Of a stretch of 64,000 bases of DNA, positions 54,070 through 64,000 are shown one piece after another. The notes below the pieces were generated by a model. That model saw only the letters and a program-made list of their open reading frames with translations, did not search any database and was not told the origin of the DNA. The stretch is from Anthoceros angustus. Lineage: Eukaryota; Plantae; Anthocerotophyta. Each line of letters begins with the position of its first letter. Positions within the stretch are counted from its first letter, which is position 1. The DNA is taken from assembly GCA_010909165.1 (NCBI GenBank), contig VJWM01000016.1:434001-498000 (forward strand), read 5' to 3'. Made by a program: the position numbers and the translations under genes.

Positions 54070-55153
54070 TTAAGCAAGTGCTGTGAAGATTTCCCACACT
54101 GCGAAAGGGTGATTGTAAGTTCTAGAAGAGACACAAATGTTAGAATCTTCTTTTTCTATGATAAAAAAAATTAAAGTGAATATACCTTTTGGATGTTTTT
54201 CGTTATTTCCGGATCCTCCATGAAAGACAACAAGTCTGTAGTTTTCAACTCTTTATTTTGAATGGCTGCTGATATCTCTACATTATCAAAATACAAAATA
54301 TTAAACCATGTAATTCACTATATAATAAAATAAACAATCAAAAGATCTTACTTTTCTGAGTCTCCACATGCTCCTATGGAGTTGGAGTAGACCATCTTCA
54401 TTGAGGATTCGCTGCATTGGGTCTTTAAGACTATGCTCCCAAATTAGAACATATTTGTTCTTGAAATCTTGGAATATTTGTGGATACTGGAAGTTATCCA
54501 TCCATTTGCCAAATTCAGTAAATTCTTTTGAAGGGCCATACGTTGGTGCATTATCCTGGTATTCTTCTATTTTCCTCTCTTTCTCCTATAGAAATACAGA
54601 AATTAGTTTAATTCACAGAATATCACATAAAAATGACCCAATGATGACTTTGACCAACCTGATGTGAGATGCCTGTGTTGTCGATTTTCTCGTCAATTGC
54701 ATCTATTTTGTCCTTGATTTCCTTAGCAGCAGCTGCTTGTTCCGCAGCATTCTGTAAATAAATTGATTAATAATTAGAACTTCACTAATAAAGGGTACCA
54801 ACAAATTTGTTGGTATACCTCCAATGTCGACTGAATCGAGATTTGATGTCCGTTGAACCTCTTCACCAAAGTCATTGTCTCCAGCTCTAACTTAGCTATT
54901 GTTCGAAGATTCTTTTTAATATCCTATAAAAATACATTAAATTAGACAGACCTTCTAAGCATGCTGATAACAAGTCTACAGTCCTATAGTCTGTAAGAAC
55001 ATTGTGGGACAAAAATTCTTTACCTTTTTAATTTTTTCCAGTTGGGCAGGCACCTGGCAAAGCAGCCGCAAGTCTTGTTTATTCATGGATGAGAACATAG
55101 TGTGCTCCAAAAGAGCTGAAAAACATAGATCCAGTGAGTCACATGCTGCTCCA
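54070..55153 (-). CDS. Cryptic multi-exon gene (coiled-coil-like, unknown) in the AT-rich island. Exons 55098(or 55153)-55024, 54923-54819, 54751-54659, 54585-54352, ~54274-54185; end uncertain
   Basis: Four consecutive stop-free phase-0 exons (75, 105, 93, 234 nt) bounded by GT-AG with T-rich acceptors. Confidence 0.6.
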
Positions 55154-55178
55154 TGCTACTACAGACCGCGCTTCGCCC

Positions 55179-56087
55179 TCACTGTTTTTCTCTATTTGTC
55201 TCGGACTTTATATTTTGTTCCAGGTAGTCGCAGGTTGTGCACAAGGCAAACCGATTGCTCTTTAGGATTTTGACCTTGTGGAAGTGCATAGCCCAGAGCT
55301 GACAAAAGTACGAATGAGAAATATTGTACTGCTGCGCTCGCTGCATATGGTACTTGTATTCTTGAAAGACCTTGCCTTTTGTGTACGAGTCAGGAAGGTG
55401 ATACACTTCAATGTTTGGCATTCTCTCGGCAATGAGCATAAACAGTTGGTTCATCCACGCCAGAGCTGTTGGCATGCTGATTTGGCTGCCTCTCGTATCG
55501 AAGAAGGGCAGACCACGCAATGTTCCCGACTGCTCTCGCTTTCGTATCTTCGTACTGGCTAGATCCAATACAATAAACGCGTCTGAATGCCTCTCTACAA
55601 CAATAGACTTTTCCTCGTCAAACAAGAAAGAGTCTACCCCAACCCTTCCATCGCTCCCATGCTCGACATCAAAAAGAGATTGTAGATGCATCTCCTGCTC
55701 CTGCCTACACATTCTAAGGAACCGATACCTCAAATCTTGAAAGGTCGCCTTCCCTATTATCCTCAAATATTGTCTACCACAACAGGTTCTGCGGAAATCA
55801 CGGGTAATACGAACCTCTGCACATTTCATCTCAGGTACTTTCGATTGCCTTTTATGAGGGCGTCTACGTGGTGGTCTGCCATGTTCGATAAACGATTCGG
55901 ACCTGGGCTTCAAATTATATGTACGCCTTTGTGGAGGTTGATGTTCAAAGGCACTATCATCTGAGTCCTCTTCCTCCACAACCTCTTCTGCCGTACGTCT
56001 TGGGGCCACTCCAGGTGGAAACATGTGTCTTCTAGATACTGGCGGTCTGCATACAGAGGCGACATTCATCCCAGCAGATGCGGCCAT
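55179..56087 (-). mobile_element. Truncated DNA-transposon-like ORF (N-terminal Cys-rich region, Sola-like); catalytic domain absent
   Basis: AERMP..YHLP..TKGKVFQEY...ISHSYFCQLWAMHFHKVKILKSNRFALCTTCD resembles the FxxxWxxxF...CxxC block that precedes the DDE core in Sola-like transposases (pattern recognition only). Confidence 0.55.
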
Positions 56088-57120
56088 AGTTGAATTAGGT
56101 GAGTCTTCTCAGCGTGGGGCACCTCCAAGAGGAGTAGTCTTGCGGATAGCAGGAATGTACGACGAGCCCTGTCCAGTTGGAGAAGGAATTCCGTGAATGG
56201 CCTCCAATATATTGAAATGGGCAGGTGTCTTCGGGATGGATGCATTTATTGCGATCGGGAGTGGTTCAGGCTATCCAGCTGAAGTACGGATTGAACAAAT
56301 ATGAAAAGAGTTAACAAGAGACTTTTGAATGGATTCGATTTTTGGTAACAGTGTGATCGTCGTACCTTCGTTCAGTACTCCCTCTTCATCTTCAACACCT
56401 TGACTACCGATTTCCACTTCCTGCTCGGCACCTCGCCGTTGACGCCTCTGACCTCAATACAAAACGAGACAAATCTCAGAAATGTGAAATGAGAAAGAAG
56501 GTCAAGATATGCAAATAGTGCTTGCCCATTTTCTTTGACCGTTCGCCACCAAGCATGGCGCTTTTCCGATCGTTTACATCGGGAGGAATCTCAGACCGAG
56601 CGCCAAAGATCCAAGTCCTTTGTCTTCAAGAACTCCTTCCACTACTTCAACATCGGCAATTCTGTGAGATCCAACAGTGGAGTGGAGGGAAGTGTTCGAC
56701 TTTGAATCAGGATCAAAGTCACAACATCAAACACACACACGTGAGACAAAGCTGTAACGTGTGGTGTTGGATGATCCATAATTTGAATTTGAACTTATTG
56801 GGGCAAAACAGAATAACTACGGTAGGATCCAATTGATGGGACCATACTAGCTTCCTATTTCAGTGCCCAACAATAGGATATTTAAAAGCGTAACGGTTGA
56901 AAGTGATAGACCTTTCAGGAGAGCAAAGACGCAGTGGCAAGAAAAAGATAGAATACGTCGAGTTGGATGAACCGGAATTTGAAATGGACCTATTTTAAGC
57001 AACTGCAATTTAATGACTCAAGAACATGTTCATGGAACTTTTCTTTCCTGCTATTTCAGAGCCCACTTATCGGAACTTGCAGGTGTTCACGCTTTATCGT
57101 AATACCGTTGAATCAAACAT

Positions 57121-57425
57121 GCTAGGGGGGCCCAGTTGTGTGAACAAGTGCGTGCACCAGGGGGCCCGGCCCATGTGCGCGCACCCAAGGTCAAGAAGGG
57201 CCTAGGAGCATGAACCCATATGGTTCATGCCTCCTAGTGCATTCCCAGACGGTTCATCCAAAGAAAAAAAGAGCAAAAATTCTAAAAAACCCCAAAAAAA
57301 ATCCCAAAAAGTCCAATTTTTTGAGGTAAGTGCGCGCACTTGCCCTAAAATTTTGATATTTTTTTGATATTTTTGTTGTTTTGAAGGGTTCCTTTCGACG
57401 TTTTCAACCTTTTGTGTGCACCTAT
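57121..57425. repeat. Palindrome-rich segment, possibly a transposon subterminal region
   Basis: Hairpin at 57202-57237; perfect palindrome AAGTGCGCGCACTT at 57328-57341; recurring GTGCGYGCAC; A-tracts mirrored by T-tracts. Confidence 0.6.
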
Positions 57426-60400
57426 GTGGGCTACGGACTTCCCTTGGGGGTTAGGAAATAAGTGGGGTTTTGTTTTTTTCGTAGGTCCGAATAGTAAAAT
57501 AAGGTGGAAAGGGAGGAATAAGCACGGATGGTGCTCGGGGTGACTCGGAGTGTAGCGGACCCGGTACCACTATCACGAGCTACGGTGCGCCGAGTAGCGG
57601 GATAAGTCCGGACCCCTCGGGTCAAAAGCAGGATAAATCGCCCGAGAAAGTAATTTAGAAGTTGAGTCGTGAGAGACGGTGGCGCCACGTGGGCGGCCAC
57701 AGTGGAGGTCGGGCATGCGGAGGCGAGACCGTAGCCTTGCAGGGGCCGTTATAGCGGTATTCACGCCCAGCGGGCCCGTCGTAAGGCGAGTGCAGCGGCG
57801 TAAGGTCGAGTAAGCCATGCGGACCTCGGCGATTCTGACGAGGCACCCTCCAGCGGTTACTTTAGCAGCGGCGGTGGAGGAGGTCATTTCTGCATGCGAC
57901 CTCGAGACAATTCGCGGTCTCTTGCGCTCACCAACCCGGCCCTCTGGCGCTATCTCTTTGAGCAGCTCGAGGCATCTTGGCAGCTCACTGGGGTTGGGGC
58001 GCGAGCGTGAGGCGCATCGTGCCGATCTCGGAGCTCGGCGAAGAAAGGAGAAGAAGCGATGGGACCCAAGAAGGCTGCGGAGGTATGGGAGCCATGGAAC
58101 ACAGTAGGCGCAACATTGTAACCCGCGCTATCCGGACTTTGGGCCATGTGGAGGAGGCGGAGGATTAGTCGAAGAGTGGCACTTAGGCGTGTTCGGCATG
58201 CGGGCGTTTGTGATGTCACCACAGTCAGGAGTTCGCCGGAAGATGTTGGCGGCCAACAAGGAGGTTCGTCCAAGAACCTCGGGAGGATCAGAGATGGACC
58301 TTGGAGGTCACGAGGCGGCTTCAACCCAGCGGAGGAGGTTGGGGCGTGGTCCGAGGCCCCTCAAGGCGAGGGAAAGATAGAGGCGCAAGGGCGGCGTCTT
58401 TGAAGCCCGGCGGACAACCAATGGTGGTTGATGTCGGACTGCTGGACGGAAGGGTGAGGCGATGGGACCCAAGAAGGTCATGGAGGTATGGGAGCCATGG
58501 AACCCGGTAGAGCGCAACATTGTAACCCGCGCTATCCGGACTTTGGGCCATGGAGGAGGCGGGAGGATTAGTCAAGAGTGGCACTTAGACGTGTTCCAGT
58601 CCCGACGCTTGACAGTCACCGGGTCCGGAGTTCGCCGGAAGATGTTGGCGGCCAACAAGGAGGTTCGTCCAAGAACCTCCGGAGGATCCTGTGAGATGGA
58701 CCTTGAGGTCCCGAGGGCGGCTTACAACCGCCCAACGAGGAGGGCGAGTCCCAGCCCCTCAAGGCGAGGGAAAGATAGAGGCGCAAGGGCGGCGCGGCCC
58801 CGAACGCAATGACAACCAACCGGTTGATGACCATGGACAAGGGTGAGGGCAGAGTCTTGATCATTGTCCGGAACTTGCTCACCAAGGTGGATCACCTTGG
58901 TGATAATTTGTTGGTGTTCACGCATGCGTTGCGGTAGGCAAGAAGGCGATGGGACCCAAGAAGGTCATGGAGGTATGGGAGCCATGGAACCCGGTAGAGC
59001 GCAACATTGTAACCCGCGCTATCCGGACTTTGGGCCATGGAGGAGGCGGGAGGATTAGTCAAGAGTGGCACTTAGACGTGTTCCAGTCCCGACGCTTGAC
59101 AGTCACCGGGTCCGGAGTTCGCCAAGATGTTGGCGGCCAACAAGGAGGTTCGTCCAAGAACCTCCGGAGGATCAGAGATGGACCTTGGAGGTCACGAGGC
59201 GGCTTCAACCCAGCGGAGGAGGTTGGGGCGTGGTCCGAGGCCCCTCAAGGCGAGGGAAAGATAGAGGCGCAAGGGCGGCGTCTTTGAAGCCCGGCGGACA
59301 ACCAATGGTGGTTGATGTCGGACTGCTGGACGGAAGGGTGAGGCGATGGCCGGATCATTGTCCGGAACTTGCTCACCAAGGTGGATCACCTTGGTGATAA
59401 TTTGTTAGTGTTCACGCATGCGTTGCGGTAGGCAAGAAGGCGATGGGACCCAAGAAGGTCATGGAGGTATGGGAGCCATGGAACCCGGTAGAGCGCAACA
59501 TTGTAACCCGCGCTATCCGGACTTTGGGCCATGGAGGAGGCGGGAGGATTAGTCAAGAGTGGCACTTAGACGTGTTCCAGTCCCGACGCTTGACAGTCAC
59601 CGGGTCCGGAGTTCGCCAAGATGTTGGCGGCCAACAAGGAGGTTCGTCCAAGAACCTCCGGAGGATCCTGTGAGATGGACCTTGAGGTCCCGAGGGCGGC
59701 TTACAACCGCCCAACGAGGAGGCGAGTCCCAGCCCCTCAAGGCGAGGGAAAGATAGAGGCGCAAGGGCGGCGCGGCCCCGAACGCAATGACAACCAACCG
59801 GTTGATGACCATGGACAAGGGTGAGGGCAGAGTCTTGATCATTGTCCATCGGAACTTGCTCACCAAGGTGGATCACCTTGGTGATAATTTGCATGTTATA
59901 ATGGGCAAGAGGGCGATGGGAAGGATCATCTTAGCGGGTTGAGAGGCCCTGGTGAGGCGAAAGCCACCGCCGTCCGGACTATCCCCATACGATCCATGTA
60001 TGGGGACATTACGACCTCTGAAGGATGGGGAGGTGGGCGCTCGGGAAGGGTTGGCGGCCCTACGAGCGAGGCGGGCAAGGCGCCCGAGGTAGAGGCCCGA
60101 CCCCTAGGGCCAAACGGGTCCGGAGGAGGCGGCGGGAAGGGATCTGGGACTCCATACGTGGAGCGGACCCCTCACCACCTAGGGAAGTGTGGGAAGATAT
60201 CCCTTCCCTCCTCTTGTGCCCGGGCGGCCAGTCTGACGGAGGCGGCCCCGACTCCAAGCCCGGCCACCAGCCCTAGCAGCGAGCCCAGCGAACTCGGGCA
60301 GAGGCCGGTGCCAGAAGCAGAGGCGGGCGGTGCCACCCTTGACACCTCGGTGCTGTGCCTTTACCCCTTGCAGGTAGAGTGAAGAGGCGGTGAGCGAAGG

Positions 60401-63400
60401 GCCAGGAGGCGGGAGGTCAGCGGCAACCCCACGGGCAGTCCATCGCCCGTGGGAGGCAAGGGGTCGGCTCGAACCCCCTCCCCTCAAGGCGAGGGAAAGA
60501 TAGAGGCGCAAGGGCGCGCGGGTCAACGCAATGACAACCACCGGTTGATGCCTGACCACCGGATGCGGGTGAGGCGAGTCTGATCATTGTCCACTGGAAC
60601 TTGCTCACCAAGGTGGATCACCTTGGTGATAATTTGTTGGTGTTCCTGCATGCTGCAGCGGGGCAAGAGGGCTGACTGGGGAAGGATCATCTTCGCCAGG
60701 TTCAGCCAGGAGGCCCACAAGCTGAGGAGCGAGAAGCCACCGCCGTCCGGACTATCCCCATACCTGATCCATGTATGGGGACATTACGACCTCCTGAAGG
60801 ATGGGGAGGTAGAGCGGGCGCTCCGGAAAGGGTTGGCGGCCCTACCAGAAGCAGAGCGGGCAAAGGCGCCCGAGGTAGAGGCCCGACCCCCTAGGGCCAA
60901 ACGGGTCCGGGAGGAGGACGATCGAAGGGATACTGACCATACGCCGAACGGACCCCTCACCACCTAGGGAAGTGTGGGAAGATATCCCCGCCTCCCACTA
61001 CGGACTTTTGGGGCCTCACGAGCAGCAAAAAGCAGAGAGCCCGACTCCAACACCACCACCACAACGGCAGAGAGGAGCCCCGACGAACTCGCCGGCAATC
61101 AAGAGGCGGAAGACGTGCCACCGCCAACGCACACCAACAAGACCTGGTGCTCAGGTTTTGCCCCGCCCACGAGTGGCAAGAGGTCAAGAGGCGGTGAGAA
61201 GAGCGTAAAGGGACGCCCAAGGAGCAGGAGGTCACCGCAGAACCCCACTGAGCCGGGCCCGCGCCGACCGGGAGAGGCAAGGCCGCCTGAACCCCCTCAC
61301 CCTCCGAGCCCTGTGACGAAGAGGCGAATAAGGAATTGGCATGCCAAGAGGGCCAAGGAGGGTGAAGCTCGGGACCTCGGCAATCGAGACCTAAGGGACT
61401 GATTAGGTCGAGAGACCAGTCGGACTTGCTCGGGCTGCAGTGGAGGTCCTTGGCGACCGTGAGATGCCCGCCTCCCACTACGGACTTTTGGGGCCTCACC
61501 GGTGGCGGCCGTGGAAGAGACACGGCGGGTCACAGCTACCCGTCATGGACGGTATGCTCACAGGGGCTCTGGGCGGTAGAAGACCCGGGAAGTAAAGCCA
61601 CCGGGAGGCGCATGGTGCTCCTCCAGAGCAATTGGCGGCCCGGGAGGCGAGGAGGAAGCGGCTCTCGGCCGCATCGAAGGAAGCCGGAGGCCGAAGGGAA
61701 GTCCGTCCATTCGGCAGGCCGGACTAAATTCCTTCATTTGGGTGAGAGCGGGGCATAGGAGGCCCAAGCGGGTCAAGACCTCTCGCAGTGAGAGGCAGCA
61801 GAGGCGAGGAGGCGAGGAGGCCCGGCGCAAGGCAGAAGGCTCGCGACTGGCCGAGGCCACCGACTACTGTCGGAAGCCTGAGTGAAGGAGGCTGAAGCCG
61901 CTTAAGACCGACCGCGATCACTATCGGCGTGATCGAACCGGTGGAGGGAGACCAGGATAGGCGGCCAACTCAAGACGGAGCTGAGGCGGCGGCAAAAAGG
62001 GTGTGACGCGACTTGCTTGATGGACAAGCCAGACAATCCCGTGTCGCTGTGGTATGGAGTCCGCTCTAAGAGAATGATAGCCCGCTTGCCGCGCTTCACC
62101 GATTCTCACCTTCTTCGTCCACTTCACCTTAACACACTCAATCTTCGCTTACACCTATTTATAACGCTTCACCGAACAGCCCGGTGGCCAAACGCTTAAG
62201 GACCTGCTTATGCGTCCGCCTGCTCGGCCACTGCTTCTTCATCTGCCTCTCATCGCCTTCTACACTTATCAACCTTGAAAAGAACGCAAGTGGTTGATAC
62301 CCAGACCTCCTACGTTGTTCACGGGCCTCTCCGTCCGGCTCACACCCTCCCAAGTACCTCGCCCACACGCTCCGGCCCCGACGCTGGACCGCCGCCTGAC
62401 GAACAAGGGTCCTCGCCCTTCCCCGCACACACCACCACACGTTAAGTCCGTCAGACCTTGACTGCCTCCCGAGTCGCCGTCGCCCTGACTCAGACTCATA
62501 GCAAGAAGACGCCCAAGGGTCTGCAAGAACGCTGCATCAACACCAAGAGAAAGATATTTTACTAGAGCGGCCTCATTCTTATACTACGCCCAAGGTCGCC
62601 TTTATTACACTCTATTCGATGATGGCCAGCCAAGATGCCCTAATCGACGCCTACCATCCTATTTCCTCCCTATCTCCTTCTCTCTGGGCTGGAAGATTCT
62701 GGGTTCCGCCGGATGGGTGGTCCAATCTCCGCCCCGACAGCTTGTGGCGCTCCCAATCGGATGATCCGTGAGGCGGGCCTCCTCTCCCGAATCCCCGAGT
62801 TGGGCCATGGCCTCGACAACCGCCACATTACGACGCCATCCTCCTCGCCTCCCTGGTCCTCGCCGGTGGGGCCACCGGCCATTCTTCCCTAGCGAAGTCG
62901 GGGCTCCTCCTCATCGCTGCAGCCTGACCTCGAGGTCTGCCTCGACTCGAACTTCGTGAGTCCGGCTTATTTCCCGAGTCCCCGGCCTAGGTCCGACCTT
63001 GTCTCGGGGTCCGGACTGTGGTCCGCCTCGAGGTCCTGACTGTGGTCCGGCCTTCAGAGTCCTGACCTCGTGGTCCGACTCGCGCCCTGCTCTTCCCTCA
63101 CGGACTCCTCCGTGGCTCTCCCTGAGTCCTTCCGCTGCTCCCGATCGCCTGCCGACTCCCTGGCCCCTTCTTCCATGGTGAGGTGCGGTGCTTACCGCCA
63201 CATTCGCCGCCCCGCTCCGCCTCCTCCGCTCCTCTCACCGCACTCCGCTGCCGAACAACGCCCAAGGTCCCTGTGGCACTATCCCCGGGCCTTCTTCCTC
63301 GCCTTCCTGACCCGTCTGAAGTCCGCCTCCCGCCGAGGGTGACGTGGTGCCTCCGCTTGAGCAGCCTCTGGTGGTAGTAGGCGGTCGAGTCGACCGAATC

Positions 63401-64000
63401 GCCTCCTCCACATGGCCTCGAGCACCTTGCATTCTGCCGCCAAAGGTGCTCGGCAATGGAGTGTTGTTCGCCCATTGCTCGCTCGGCCAGTTTGCCAACC
63501 GCCGGACTTTTGAAGCCACCAAAGCGGCCTCCGACACCTCCTCGCAGCCTTTTGCCGCCAACGCGCCTCCTCCCTTTGTCGTCAGAGCTCACCAATCGAC
63601 CGCCATGGAGCCCAGCCTCCTTCCGCCTCCCGTAATCGGATAAGGAGCCGCTGCCTCCTCTAGCGCCTCCTCCTCCGCTTACCTGCACCAAGGTCCGCCA
63701 CCTCCTCTCCAATCCTGACCGGTATATCCATCCGACCGGCTTCTTCCGCCTTCGCACTGCAACGCCCAACCTCGATAGTCGCCGATTTTCCTCCGCCTTC
63801 GACGGAGCTGGAGGCACTCTATTTCGTGCTCAAGTCGTGGATTCTCCTGCTGAGAATCACCGCCGCCTCCGACGCATCTTGGAGTTGTAGCTCCAGCTGT
63901 CCTGCCGCCCTCCATCTGCCGCCTCCTCTACTGCACTGCATTTCTGAGATCTCCTATCTCCCGAGTGCTGGTCTCCATCTCCCCTTCCCGAGTTACCCTT
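57426..64000. mobile_element. Degenerate GC-rich repeat, probably Gypsy-type LTR retrotransposon internal/3' region with an accessory ORF
   Basis: Frameshifted ORF relics (DWGRIIF...GLSPYLIHVWGHYDLL on +; YNSKMRRR..FSAGE near 63850 on -, weakly like the integrase C-terminus). No host-like genes. No LTR pair or RT seen. Confidence 0.5.
58050..60620 (+). repeat. Scrambled tandem repeat, unit ~400-490 bp
   Basis: gatgggacccaagaagg recurs at ~58058, 58461, 58948 and 59442; ccctcaaggcgagggaaagatagaggcgcaagggcg occurs 5 times. Confidence 0.9.

Noticed and set aside
57202-57237. Helitron 3' end
   Set aside because: The CTAG is part of the stem rather than ~10 nt downstream of the hairpin, and no Rep/helicase is visible.
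58050-59900. CRISPR-like array
   Set aside because: Units are hundreds of bp with repeated rather than unique spacers; eukaryotic context and no cas genes.

Overview
Gene-dense nuclear DNA of a non-seed land plant. GC is about 50%, GT-AG introns are about 80-130 bp and PLS-type PPR debris is abundant, which suggests a hornwort/bryophyte-like genome (inference). Positions ~1-4816 are a scrambled, strand-alternating mosaic of the neighbouring G-patch and exostosin (GT47) genes, most likely amplification or assembly chimeras. Next come the 3' end of a G-patch gene, an exostosin gene, a PPR pseudogene split by a TIR DNA element, a PPR-BAHD chimera and a BAHD acyltransferase with one in-frame stop. 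These are followed by an intronless class II formin (plus a partial mosaic duplicate), PEN-2, an intronless ARP2, an F-box protein and an mTERF. Then come a divergent pair of small single-TM orphan ORFs, GPI1/PIG-Q head-to-head with DPH2, an ankyrin-repeat protein and a cytoplasmic pseudokinase. The last ~10.6 kb is repeat-like: an AT-rich island with a truncated transposase-like ORF and a cryptic multi-exon gene, then a GC-rich, probably Gypsy-derived, tandemly scrambled repeat. I found no tRNA, rRNA or CRISPR. No clearly novel system is proven. The best candidates are the TM-microprotein pair, the cryptic gene in the AT-rich island, the TIR element, and the adjacent intronless formin and ARP2.
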